A DNA stretch of 64,000 nt from Terriglobales bacterium (GCA_025462725.1 JAOAPE010000012.1:233942-297941), one strand, 5' to 3'; counted from the stretch's first letter, positions 10,174-21,012 are shown. Numbers and translations are program-made. Notes: generated from the sequence alone by a model not told the origin.

Positions 10174-10401
10174 CTAGCGCCAGAGATTGACAACGACTAA
10201 TTCGCCGCTGAACACCATGTAAATGATTCCTCCTGCGACAACTGCGAATATCAGGCCCGCAGTGAAATGTAGACTCCTATCCAGCGGATTTCTGATTGTG
10301 ACGTCTGGAAGTAGAGAATTCTTGAAAAAGGAAACTGAAGCCCAGATTGCGGAACTTATCGCAAGTGCCAAACTGATTGGATTTACTTCTTTAGTAACCA
10401 T
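10174..10401 (-). CDS. Small two-helix membrane protein, unknown
   Basis: 75 aa with two hydrophobic segments. AT-richer than its neighbours by eye. Confidence 0.4.
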   Translation of the reverse strand: MVTKEVNPISLALAISSAIWASVSFFKNSLLPDVTIRNPLDRSLHFTAGLIFAVVAGGIIYMVFSGELVVVNLWR

Positions 10402-10421
10402 CGTGTGAGAGAAATGACGAG

Positions 10422-11129
10422 CTACTGTAAAACTCCCAGCGCCTCTTCCACCTCTGGCCTCTGCGTGTAATCCGCAAACACCTTGGCGTAAAGCACCGTC
10501 CCATCGCGATCAATCACATACGTCGCCGGCAACGGCAACTCCCAACTCTCATCGCCGTTGGTTTTCGGTAAATTTATGAACACGCTACGGAAGAGCTGCT
10601 CCTGATACTCCGGCACCCGATATACCAATCCAAACTGCCGCGCCACCTTGTTGCCCTCATCGCTCAGTACGGGGAATCGTAGCTTGTGTTGATCGGCGGT
10701 GAAAGCCGAATGTCTGACCAATTGCGGCGATATCGCAACCAGCGTCGCTCCTGTGTCTCGAATCTCAGCGTAGAGATCGCGATACGTCTCCAACTCCGTC
10801 ACACAGAACGGACACCATCGCCCACGGTAGAAATCAATCACCAGCGGACCTTTCGCCAGGACCTCCGCCGACGAAAACATCTTTCCATTCTGGTCCGGCA
10901 ACGTGAACTCCGGCGCCTTCGCTCCCACCGGCAGAATGCGACCCACCATGCCCGACGCTTCTAGCTCAGCGACCCCACGTTCGTTTATTGCCTGGCTTTC
11001 CGGACGCACATACTGCGCGATGCCCGCCTTGATCTCCATCAGCCGCTGCTGAAGTGAGACCCCAGGCCGCACTCCATCATGCTCCGCCGATATGCCGCGC
11101 CATTTCATCGATTCCTGTCCACTAACCAC
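10422..11129 (-). CDS. Peroxiredoxin-like thioredoxin-fold protein (AhpC/TSA family)
   Basis: APEFTLPDQNGK, VIDFYRGRWCPFCVTELE. Confidence 0.8.
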   Translation of the reverse strand: MVSGQESMKWRGISAEHDGVRPGVSLQQRLMEIKAGIAQYVRPESQAINERGVAELEASGMVGRILPVGAKAPEFTLPDQNGKMFSSAEVLAKGPLVIDFYRGRWCPFCVTELETYRDLYAEIRDTGATLVAISPQLVRHSAFTADQHKLRFPVLSDEGNKVARQFGLVYRVPEYQEQLFRSVFINLPKTNGDESWELPLPATYVIDRDGTVLYAKVFADYTQRPEVEEALGVLQ

Positions 11130-11150
11130 TAGCCACTGACTACTGCCTCA

Positions 11151-12518
11151 TTACATCCCCGGCATCTTCATGCCCATCATCTTGCGCGCCATGAAGCCGC
11201 CGCCTTTGCCCATCTGCTTGAACATCTTCTTCATCTGCGCGTACTGCCGCAGCAGTTGATTCACTTCCTGGACGCTCGTGCCTGACCCGCGCGCGATACG
11301 TTTTCTCCGGCTGCCATTGATGGCTTCGTGATGGTCGCGCTCATACGGTGTCATCGAATTGATGATGGCTTCCACGCGCCCGAGTTCCTTGTCATCCACT
11401 TTGTCCACCGCGGCCTGCATTCCTGCGAATGGGCCCACTTTCGGCAGCATGCCAACAATGCTCTGCAGCGATCCCAATTTTTTCACCTGCCGCAACTGAT
11501 CGCGGAAGTCGCCGAGCGAGAATCCGTCGCCTGTGAGCGCTTTCTTGGCAAAGTCTTCGGACTGTTTCTTGTCGAGAGTTTCCTCAGCCTTTTCAATCAG
11601 CGACATCATGTCGCCCATGCCCATTATGCGCGAGACGATTCGATCAGGATGGAACGGCTCGAGCGCATCATACTTTTCACCGACGCCGATAAACTTGATC
11701 GGCTGTCCAGTGACATTGCGGATCGAAAGCGCCGCCCCGCCGCGCGCATCGCCGTCCATCTTTGAGAGCACCACGCCGGTGAGCGTGAGTTTCTTGTGGA
11801 ACTCGTCGGCAGATTTCACCGCGTCTTGTCCGGTCATCGCATCGGCAACGAACAAGATCTCCTGCGGGTTCAGCCGTTTCTTCAGGACCTGCATCTCGTC
11901 CATGAGCTGATCGTCGATGTGTAAGCGTCCCGCGGTGTCCACGATCAGCACGTCGCATCCGCTGTTCACGGCATCTCGGCGAGCTTCTTTCGCAAGACGC
12001 TCGACAAGCGCAGTGCCGACATCGCCATCCACTTTGCCTTCGTAGATGTTGGCCTTGATCGCATCAGCGACGATCTTTAACTGCTGCCGCGCCGCCGGAC
12101 GATACACGTCAACGGAGACCAGCATCGGCCGATGTCCACCTTTTTTCAGCCACGCCGCCAGTTTGCCGGAGGTCGTCGTCTTACCCGAACCTTGCAATCC
12201 CGCCATGAGGACGACCGTAGGCGGTTGCGATGCGAACTTCAGCTTTGCTGTGTCCTTGCCGAGAATCGCGACCATTTCGTCGCGCATGATCTTGACCACT
12301 TGCTCGGTGGGCGAGAGCGCGGTCATCACTTCCTGTCCCAGCGCCTTCTCGCGGATGTGCTCGATCAACTCTTTGACCACTTTGAAATTGACGTCGGCTT
12401 CGAGCAGCGCCATGCGGATCTCTTTCAGCGCTTCGCCGATGTTCTCTTCGTTGATGATGCCTTGTCCGCGCAGGTTCTTGAACGCGCGTTGCAGCTTGTC
12501 TGACAGATTTTCAAACAT
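11151..12518 (-). CDS. ffh: Signal recognition particle protein Ffh
   Basis: GLQGSGKTTTSGKLA, DTAGRL, and a Met-rich C-terminal M domain. Confidence 0.95.
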   Translation of the reverse strand: MFENLSDKLQRAFKNLRGQGIINEENIGEALKEIRMALLEADVNFKVVKELIEHIREKALGQEVMTALSPTEQVVKIMRDEMVAILGKDTAKLKFASQPPTVVLMAGLQGSGKTTTSGKLAAWLKKGGHRPMLVSVDVYRPAARQQLKIVADAIKANIYEGKVDGDVGTALVERLAKEARRDAVNSGCDVLIVDTAGRLHIDDQLMDEMQVLKKRLNPQEILFVADAMTGQDAVKSADEFHKKLTLTGVVLSKMDGDARGGAALSIRNVTGQPIKFIGVGEKYDALEPFHPDRIVSRIMGMGDMMSLIEKAEETLDKKQSEDFAKKALTGDGFSLGDFRDQLRQVKKLGSLQSIVGMLPKVGPFAGMQAAVDKVDDKELGRVEAIINSMTPYERDHHEAINGSRRKRIARGSGTSVQEVNQLLRQYAQMKKMFKQMGKGGGFMARKMMGMKMPGM

Positions 12519-12609
12519 AATGTGTGGGTATGCCTATTCCAGGGAGTAGTGCTGAATTGCTTATTTTAGCAGGATAAACACTGGCGATTCAGGCGCCGGC
12601 TGAATCTGC

Positions 12610-13599
12610 CTACCAGTAGACTTCCCGCGCCGAAACAACCGTGTTGCAATGGATCATCACCGTGTCTTCCACTTTGCGCGCGTATCCACCGGCGTAAGTG
12701 ACCATCACGGGGATGCCACGCGACTTCGCCACCTTGAATACAAGTTCGTCGCGCGACTTCAGTCCGTCAATTGTCAGGGCAAGTCCGCCCAACTGGTCTT
12801 CGCGATAGGGATCCGCCCCCGCGATGTAGCAGATCAAGTCGGGCTTGAACTTCCGCAGGCCGGAGCTGAGCGCATTGTCCAACCATTGTAGATACTGTTC
12901 GTCAGTCGTTCCGTCCGGCAGATTCACATCAATAGACGATGGAGGCTTAATCGCCGGATAATTGTTCTGCTGATGCAGCGAGATCGTGAAGACGGAATCA
13001 TTGGCGTCATCCGCGAGATTCGCTGTGCCCGGCAACGCCGAAGGCAGCCGATTAATCCCTGCGCGGATGGGCGGGAACATCGCCGCAGTACCGTTCCCAT
13101 GGTGGACATCGCAATCCACCGTCATGGCCTTAGCAATCTTCTTGTCATGCTGCATGCGGCGGATGGCTACGCCCACATCGTGCACCATGCAGAATCCTTC
13201 GCCGTGGTCGGGATATGCATGGTGGAACCCTCCGCCGATGTTGAATGTAATGCCATCGCGCAATGCACACTCGGCCGCCGCGATCGAGCCGCCAGCGGCC
13301 AGCCAGAATGCGTCCACTAATTCCTTCGAGTAGGGAAGCTCAAGCAGCATCTCTTCGGCGGCACTCAGAGTTCCTGTTCGCAGCTTACGGACGTAATCCG
13401 CGCTGTGCGCCAGGCGGACGTCGTCATCTGTCGCTGGCGGAGGCTCAAGAAAATCGGCAGGCTCGGCCACTCCGGTCGCAAGCAGTCGTTCGTGTATGAG
13501 CCTGTACTTCTCCGCGGGGAAGACATGGGCGCCAATCGGGAGGTAATATCGGTCGCTGTAAACGAGCTTGAACGGCAGCATGGCAACATTCTCCGCCAA
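12610..13599 (-). CDS. Histone deacetylase / acetoin utilisation family deacetylase
   Basis: GGGFHHAYPDHGEGFCMVHD and DCDVHHGNGT zinc-site motifs. Confidence 0.85.
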   Translation of the reverse strand: MAENVAMLPFKLVYSDRYYLPIGAHVFPAEKYRLIHERLLATGVAEPADFLEPPPATDDDVRLAHSADYVRKLRTGTLSAAEEMLLELPYSKELVDAFWLAAGGSIAAAECALRDGITFNIGGGFHHAYPDHGEGFCMVHDVGVAIRRMQHDKKIAKAMTVDCDVHHGNGTAAMFPPIRAGINRLPSALPGTANLADDANDSVFTISLHQQNNYPAIKPPSSIDVNLPDGTTDEQYLQWLDNALSSGLRKFKPDLICYIAGADPYREDQLGGLALTIDGLKSRDELVFKVAKSRGIPVMVTYAGGYARKVEDTVMIHCNTVVSAREVYW

Positions 13600-13695
13600 A
13601 AGCTTTAACTACACAAAACAACCGGCACTGCGACCTTAGCGCGGATTTCCAATTTCCACGGTCGCGCATCTCATTTTCTACGGGAGAACATTGCC

Positions 13696-13977
13696 ATGGG
13701 GATCGGCGGCAAACGAAAACCAGAAACGCGTCACGAAGCCTTCGGAACGGAAATCGGAGAAGGCGAAGACAAAGTAAACCCGAACGACCTGCTTGAACTG
13801 ATGGTGCGCGCGGAGTTTCCGCCTGCGGGCGAGATGACGACCGGGACAGCCGAAAGTGCCGATGAAGATGTGAACCCGCAAGTCAAACGCAAACCGATCA
13901 TCTCCATCAACGGCAAAGACGTTGACGAACGCGAACTCGAGCGCCCGGCAAACCAGCCGAACAAGAACGCTGCCTAA
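13696..13977 (+). CDS. Hypothetical acidic protein
   Basis: 93-aa ORF filling the gap before purA. No family recognised. Confidence 0.3.
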   Translation: MGIGGKRKPETRHEAFGTEIGEGEDKVNPNDLLELMVRAEFPPAGEMTTGTAESADEDVNPQVKRKPIISINGKDVDERELERPANQPNKNAA

Positions 13978-13979
13978 GG

Positions 13980-15326
<1,347 letters not shown>

Positions 15327-15462
15327 TTACGCACACTCAGAGCCCCATCATCAGAATCATTGAATTGTATGGGATGTCAGAACTAGTGGTGTGACTTTCA
15401 ATGATAACGCGGCTGCGTTGCGCAAGCAATGACAGGTTCGCGCAAAGCTGCTCGCGAAGTTG

Positions 15463-16179
15463 CTAATGGGAACGTCTGTCTGGATTCGTGATTAGCCGCT
15501 TTTTAGCGCCCGGTGCTGTTACCACCAAGACATCTTCACGCGAATTCGGCCCTGCCCACACATAGTGTTTCCGGTTGTACTCTGCGCTTTCCCTTAAGGA
15601 ATACTTTGCTTTTGCTCCTATGCGATTTGCCAAAGTAAAAACTTTCGACGGGTCATATGTAAAGGCATTTTCAACGCAACAAGATTGTGAATATGTGTCT
15701 ATCCCGATCAAAGCTGTATATCGTGAACCCGTGATGAATGAACCTAGCTCAAAGTTGGGTAGGTGCAACGCGGTATATGGCTTGTTTGTAGAGTCGAGCA
15801 TCAAAACCCACATTGAACCGGGCGCAGGCCGACCATCGTCAGAAAACAAGAGCAGGGCAGACCGGCCTTTCCCAAGCTGCAGGAACGTCACGACGGTAGA
15901 CGAAACGAGATTGCGTTTGCAAATCTCGGGTGCGCTTGCTCTGACACACGGAATAATCTCACCGCGTGCAGAGATTCGAAAAATTATCCCTTTGTTACCC
16001 GTTAGCAGAACATCAGCCTTATCCTCATCGTGGTTGATGATCTCGACCGCGCGAACACCATTGTTGAACCAGTCTAGTGGTGCCTTAACGCGTTCGCGAG
16101 AAAAGTCCTGGGCCGAACAGGCAATCGAACTCGCGAGCAGTGCTGACGCTAACAGTACAAGATTGAAATGCGTTGAGAT
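15463..16179 (-). CDS. Secreted hypothetical protein with no canonical start codon in front of its signal peptide (proposed ATC start)
   Basis: The frame is open from 16236 down to 15463. It encodes a signal-peptide-like FNLVLLASALLASSIACSAQ upstream of the first in-frame GTG (15891). GGAGG at 16194..16190 precedes ATC at 16179. The 5' end is uncertain. Confidence 0.5.
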   Translation of the reverse strand: MSTHFNLVLLASALLASSIACSAQDFSRERVKAPLDWFNNGVRAVEIINHDEDKADVLLTGNKGIIFRISARGEIIPCVRASAPEICKRNLVSSTVVTFLQLGKGRSALLLFSDDGRPAPGSMWVLMLDSTNKPYTALHLPNFELGSFITGSRYTALIGIDTYSQSCCVENAFTYDPSKVFTLANRIGAKAKYSLRESAEYNRKHYVWAGPNSREDVLVVTAPGAKKRLITNPDRRSH

Positions 16180-16269
16180 GGTCTGTTTACCTCCGGCTTC
16201 ATTGGTCAGGTCGCTTTTGCCTGCAATCTGATTGACCTACCCTGCCTTCAGGACTATGTTAGCAGCCGC

Positions 16270-17118
16270 ATGGCGAACATTTCGAAGCGAATACCCATCC
16301 TCGCTTACGCACTTCTGCTTCTGCTGGCGGCTTCCGCATTCGGAGAGAAAGTCACCGACCTCAAGCAGAACGGAGCTGTGAACGACTTCGCCAATGTGAT
16401 TGATTCCAGCTCACGTCAGCGCCTTGAGCAAACCGCTGCCTCGTTGTTAAAGGTCAATCGCGCCGCCATCGTGGTTGCTACTGTCAAGTCTCTCGATGGT
16501 TCGGACATTGATAGCTACGCCTCAACTCTCTTCAAGCAATGGCGCATCGGTCCCAAGAAGAACGATCAGGGTGTCCTGATTCTGTTGGCGGTAAAGGAGC
16601 GCAAGTACCGGGTCGAGGTTGGGTACGGACTCGAACCGATATTGCCCGATGGTAAAGTCGGCGGGTTTGGCCGCCAAATGGCCCCTTTGTTGAAGCAGAA
16701 ACAATACGGGCCCGCACTCCTCCAACTCTCCACTCAAATGGGCGAAGTGATTGCCGGGCCTGGCAAAGTCAGCCAAGCTGCCAGCTCACCCGTAGTTCAT
16801 CCAGCGCCTTCGCCAACTCTTGCCCAGTCTGTTGACCCATGGTTAAGGGTGATCGTGGGTGTAGTACTCGTATGTCTGTTTATCCTTCCCGTGCTTGCTA
16901 TAGTGCGGAGCATACTCATGCACACGAGATACAAAGATTCCAAATGGATTCAGATGCTGCCTGAATTTAGGGCCAATCTCTCTGGTGGGAATTGGAGCGG
17001 CAATTCCTATGATTCCTCTGACTCTTCTTCAGGCGGATACAGCAGCAGTGACTCCTCCAGCAGCTCCAGCGACTCCGGCGGTTCTTCCGGCGGTGGCGGC
17101 GCCAGCGGCGATTACTAG
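16270..17118 (+). CDS. TPM-domain protein (YgcG-like) with a TM helix and Ser/Gly-rich tail
   Basis: Signal peptide, TPM core (DFANVIDSSSRQRLE, GVLILLAVKERKYRVEVGYGLE) and a C-terminal SSDSSSGGYSSSDSSSSSS low-complexity tail. Confidence 0.8.
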   Translation: MANISKRIPILAYALLLLLAASAFGEKVTDLKQNGAVNDFANVIDSSSRQRLEQTAASLLKVNRAAIVVATVKSLDGSDIDSYASTLFKQWRIGPKKNDQGVLILLAVKERKYRVEVGYGLEPILPDGKVGGFGRQMAPLLKQKQYGPALLQLSTQMGEVIAGPGKVSQAASSPVVHPAPSPTLAQSVDPWLRVIVGVVLVCLFILPVLAIVRSILMHTRYKDSKWIQMLPEFRANLSGGNWSGNSYDSSDSSSGGYSSSDSSSSSSDSGGSSGGGGASGDY

Positions 17119-17147
17119 CCTCCTTCCTTTATCATTAGTTATCGCGA

Positions 17148-17975
17148 ATGCCCGAACTGCCTGAAGTCGAAACCATCGCCAACGGACTCAACAGCCGCAT
17201 CGCGGGCGACAAGATTGATTCCGTCTGGCTGGGAAATAAGCCCGAGCCGCTGAAATCCAAAGCGAAGGACATCGTCTTCACCCTCGAAGGCACCCGCATC
17301 AACAAAGTCCGACGTGTCGGCAAGCACATCGTCTTTGATCTCGCTTCCGGTAAAAAGCCCGCACAGTGGATCGTCCACCTCGGCATGTCCGGGCGCCTCG
17401 TCGTCACCGAACCCTCCGCCGACATCGCCCCTCACACTCACGCTATCGTAAAGCTGAAATCCGGACGCGAGGTCAGGTTCGTCGATCCCCGCCGATTTGG
17501 TCGCTTGGCGGTAGTTGTAGCGGACAAGAATGGAAGACACACTGGATTCGCCGGGCCCGGCTCTGAACCGCTCGGTATCGACTTCGATCTGTTCATCAGT
17601 CTTTTCCGCAAACGCAAGACTGCGATTAAGGCCGCTCTGCTGAACCAGAAACTTCTGCACGGTGTCGGCAACATCTACGCCGACGAATCCCTCTATCGCG
17701 CCGGCATACGTCCCCGCCGACGCGCTGGACAACTCACCCGCGACGAACTTAAGCGTCTGCACTCCGCCGTCCAGACTGTTCTCAAGGAAGCCATCGCCCT
17801 CGGCGGGTCCTCTGTTTCAGACTACGTTGACGCCAGCGGCGAAGAAGGGTTCTTCCAACTACAGCACCGCGTTTACGGACGCACCAACGCCTACTGCTAC
17901 GTCTGCAAAACACCAATCAAGCGCATCGTCGTCGCCGGACGGGGGACGCATTACTGTCCCAAGTGCCAGAAGTAG
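17148..17975 (+). CDS. mutM: Formamidopyrimidine-DNA glycosylase
   Basis: MPELPEVETI N-terminus and a C-terminal CxxC-x16-CxxC zinc finger (CYVCKTPIKRIVVAGRGTHYCPKC). Confidence 0.95.
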   Translation: MPELPEVETIANGLNSRIAGDKIDSVWLGNKPEPLKSKAKDIVFTLEGTRINKVRRVGKHIVFDLASGKKPAQWIVHLGMSGRLVVTEPSADIAPHTHAIVKLKSGREVRFVDPRRFGRLAVVVADKNGRHTGFAGPGSEPLGIDFDLFISLFRKRKTAIKAALLNQKLLHGVGNIYADESLYRAGIRPRRRAGQLTRDELKRLHSAVQTVLKEAIALGGSSVSDYVDASGEEGFFQLQHRVYGRTNAYCYVCKTPIKRIVVAGRGTHYCPKCQK

Positions 17976-18029
17976 CGCTTTTATTGGCATCAAATTTAGT
18001 GCTAAGATGATGAAAGTTTAAGGGGTGCC

Positions 18030-18314
18030 ATGTCAATCAATATCACTGAAGACATTCGATCTGTCACCGATCTCAAGCGCAACACGCGCGAGATTCTCGA
18101 TCGCATCCACGAGACGGGACGACCGGTTGTGCTCACCGTCAATGGCAAGGCTGACGCGGTCATCCTCGACGCCAAGACTTTTGAAAAGCATTTGGCAGCA
18201 AGTAACATGTCCCGTCTTTTGGCACCGGCCGAAGAGGACGTTGCCAAAAAACGTACCCGCCCCATGCGGTCGTTCTTAAGAGAGCTCAGGAATGCCCGCA
18301 AAGTTTCGGGTTAG
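18030..18314 (+). CDS. Type II antitoxin, Phd/YefM family
   Basis: SVTDLKRNTREILDRIHETGRPVVLTVNGKADAVILDAKTFE. Confidence 0.85.
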   Translation: MSINITEDIRSVTDLKRNTREILDRIHETGRPVVLTVNGKADAVILDAKTFEKHLAASNMSRLLAPAEEDVAKKRTRPMRSFLRELRNARKVSG

Positions 18315-18606
18315 GGTCGCAAGGGCGGCTGAGAATGATGTGAAGCAGATTTGTTCCTATGTCTCCTCTGACAACCCAGCAGCGGGTGACGCTCTGCTCG
18401 ACGAACTAGATCGACAAGTCAGTGCGTTAGAACATTTTCCCGAGCGTTGCCCTCTTATTCCTGAAAACGAATTGCTCGGAACATCGTACCGACATCTAAT
18501 CCACGGGAATTATCGGACGATCTTCCGAGTCGATGCGAGAACAGTTCATGTTTTGAGAGTGATTCATGGAGCAAGACTGCTGGATACTGCGATGTTCGAG
18601 GAATGA
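18292..18606 (+). CDS. Type II toxin, RelE/ParE family
   Basis: 104 aa, overlaps the antitoxin gene by 23 nt. YRTIFRVDARTVHVLRVIHGARLL C-terminus. Confidence 0.85.
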   Translation: MPAKFRVRVARAAENDVKQICSYVSSDNPAAGDALLDELDRQVSALEHFPERCPLIPENELLGTSYRHLIHGNYRTIFRVDARTVHVLRVIHGARLLDTAMFEE

Positions 18607-18745
18607 TTATCAAACCTCAAGCCGTAAGAAGCGCTTTTTCAACCACTTACCTGTTTACCTCTAATTGACCTCCGCTTTACCTCCCGTGCATTGCTGAAAA
18701 TCACTCTCCGCATCAGAATCCTCCAAGATTTACAAGGAGAGCACG

Positions 18746-19456
18746 ATGTCCACCAACAAGAAATTTCAAGACGCCAACCGGGAGCACCACAGCCTGCTCG
18801 CCGCAGCGGAAAAGCGCGCCCTGATCTGGATCGCGTATCGCATGCCGGGCTGGATCAACTCTGACCACCTGACCGCGCTCGGATTCCTCGCCATGATCGC
18901 CGCTGGGCTCAGCTACTGGTACGCGCGATGGAACCGCTACGCGCTGCTCGCCGTCATCGCTTGGCTGGCCGTGAACTGGTTTGGCGACAGCCTCGATGGC
19001 ACGCTCGCCCGCGTCCGCAACCGTCAGCGTCCGCGCTACGGCTTCTATCTCGACCACGTTATTGACGCCTACGGTATGACCATCCTTTTCTGCGGCATCG
19101 CCGCCTCCGGATACATGAGTTGGCCTGTCGCCGCCGCATTTCTCATCATCTATTTCATGCTCTGCATTGAGATTTATCTTGCGACGTACACCATCGGCAC
19201 CTTCCACCTCTCATTCATCGGCTTCGGACCGACCGAACTCCGCATCGTGCTCGCTATCGGGAACATCTACGCATTCTTCCGTCCCATCTCCCACATTCGC
19301 GGACAGGCCTACTTGCTCTTCGACGTTGGCGGCGTGGTCGCCACGATCGGAGTCGCTCTCGTCCTGCTCTTCGCGACAATCAAACATGCGCGAATGCTCT
19401 ATATAGCCGAACGCCTCGCTCCCGAATCCGAAATGAATCGCGCGAGCATCGCATGA
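18746..19456 (+). CDS. CDP-alcohol phosphatidyltransferase family protein
   Basis: GDSLDGTLARVRNRQRPRYGFYLDHVIDA matches D-x2-DG-x2-AR...G-x3-D-x3-D. Confidence 0.85.
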   Translation: MSTNKKFQDANREHHSLLAAAEKRALIWIAYRMPGWINSDHLTALGFLAMIAAGLSYWYARWNRYALLAVIAWLAVNWFGDSLDGTLARVRNRQRPRYGFYLDHVIDAYGMTILFCGIAASGYMSWPVAAAFLIIYFMLCIEIYLATYTIGTFHLSFIGFGPTELRIVLAIGNIYAFFRPISHIRGQAYLLFDVGGVVATIGVALVLLFATIKHARMLYIAERLAPESEMNRASIA

Positions 19457-19881
19457 GTGACACTCGCCTATTCACGCGATGGCTACGCTTCAACGCCGCC
19501 GGACTTCTCGGTGTTGTCGTCCAACTCGCCGCGCTCGCATTTCTCACGCACGTCGCTGGATTCGGCACGCTCACATCCACCGCCCTCGCTGTCGAAGCCG
19601 CTATCCTGCACAACTTCATCTGGCACGAGCGATACACCTGGGCCGACCGCGCCCGCTCCACTCCGCAACAATCATTCCGCCGATTACTCCATTTCAATCT
19701 CAGCAACGGTGCAGTTTCGCTCATCGGCAACCTGGTGTTGATGAAACTCCTCGCCACCGACCTTCACCTTCCGCTGCTGATTGCGAATCTGGTTGCCATC
19801 CTCTCTTGCTCCACGGCTAATTTTCTCCTTGGCGAGTTCCTGGTCTTCGCTCCCGCGCTGGAAATCGTCGGCAGAAACTAG
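19453..19881 (+). CDS. GtrA-family membrane protein
   Basis: 142 aa, 4 TM. RFNAAGLLGVVVQL and LHNFIWHERYTW. 4-nt overlap with the upstream gene. Confidence 0.7.
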   Translation: MSDTRLFTRWLRFNAAGLLGVVVQLAALAFLTHVAGFGTLTSTALAVEAAILHNFIWHERYTWADRARSTPQQSFRRLLHFNLSNGAVSLIGNLVLMKLLATDLHLPLLIANLVAILSCSTANFLLGEFLVFAPALEIVGRN

Positions 19882-19896
19882 TAGTCTGACAATCCC

Positions 19897-20895
19897 ATGT
19901 CACAGTTTTCCATCGGAGTCGATCTCGGCGGAACCAACCTGCGCATCGCTGCGGTTGAAGAGAGCGGACACATCCTCGAAACCATCACCACGGGCACAGA
20001 AGTCTCCCGCGGACGCGACGTCGTCATCACAGAAATGTGTGATGCCATTCGCGCACTCTCAGTAAAGTTTCAGGCGAGCGGCTCGCTGCGCGGCATCGGT
20101 ATCGGAGTGCCCGGCATCATCGACATGAAAACAGGGATGGTGCTCAACTCGCCGAACCTTCCCGGATGGCGCGATTTTCCCGTGCGTCAAGAGATCGAGC
20201 GCCGACTCATGACTCACGTCATCCTTGAGAATGACGCCAACTCCGCGGCCTTCGGAGAGAAATGGCTCGGCGCCGGACGCGATTATGACGACCTCTGCAT
20301 GCTCACGCTCGGCACGGGCGTCGGCGGCGGACTCGTGTTCGAAGGACGCATCTGGCATGGCATGACCGGAATGGCCGGCGAACTCGGTCACACTGCCGTC
20401 GAACCCAATGGACATCCATGCGGATGCGGCAGCGTCGGATGCCTCGAGCAATACGCATCTGCCACTGCGATCAAACGCATGGCGAAGGAAGCAGTCGCCG
20501 CAGGCGGCGCGGGCGAACTCGAAAAAGCATTCAACCGCGGCAGTGACGATTTCAGCGCGAAGCTGATTTACACGCTCGCCATCCAGGGCGACAAGCCTGC
20601 GCAAAATATCTTTAAGCGTGTAGGACAAGCGCTTGGCGTCACACTCGCCAGCCTCATTAACGGACTCAACCTACCTATCTATGTAATCGGCGGCGGAGTC
20701 TCGCACTCTTGGGACGCATTCGCCCCCACCATGATGGAAGAGATCAAGAAGCGTTCGTTCGTTTACGTCGCCACAAGTTCAGAAGATCCAAACACCCCGC
20801 GCTTGCAGAAAACGATCGTCACGCGCGCAGTCCTCGGTGGCGATGCAGGCTTGCTCGGCGCCGCGCGCCTACCAATGGTGATGCCGAAGCGCTGA
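19897..20895 (+). CDS. ROK-family glucokinase
   Basis: IGVDLGGTNLRIA, the ROK zinc motif CGCGSVGCLEQYAS and GGGVS. Confidence 0.85.
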   Translation: MSQFSIGVDLGGTNLRIAAVEESGHILETITTGTEVSRGRDVVITEMCDAIRALSVKFQASGSLRGIGIGVPGIIDMKTGMVLNSPNLPGWRDFPVRQEIERRLMTHVILENDANSAAFGEKWLGAGRDYDDLCMLTLGTGVGGGLVFEGRIWHGMTGMAGELGHTAVEPNGHPCGCGSVGCLEQYASATAIKRMAKEAVAAGGAGELEKAFNRGSDDFSAKLIYTLAIQGDKPAQNIFKRVGQALGVTLASLINGLNLPIYVIGGGVSHSWDAFAPTMMEEIKKRSFVYVATSSEDPNTPRLQKTIVTRAVLGGDAGLLGAARLPMVMPKR

Positions 20896-20898
20896 CGC

Positions 20899-21012
20899 TT
20901 AACCCCGTCCCAATTCTTTCCGCACTTTGCTCCAGCGGTTCCAGAGATATCCGACGTAAGCGATGTGAATCGCCCACGTGATCCCATAAGCAACATACAG
21001 ATTCGTCAGCAT
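20899..21012 (-). CDS. ccmD: Heme exporter protein D (CcmD), 37 aa, below the ORF-track cutoff
   Basis: TGATG overlap with the ccmC stop. Translates to MLTNLYVAYGITWAIHIAYVGYLWNRWSKVRKELGRG, one TM helix plus a basic tail as in CcmD. Confidence 0.65.
   Translation of the reverse strand: MLTNLYVAYGITWAIHIAYVGYLWNRWSKVRKELGRG

Noticed and set aside
15575-16231. 218-aa plus-strand ORF
   Set aside because: Ser/Arg-rich shadow of the reverse-strand frame, which encodes a signal peptide and protein-like sequence over the same interval.
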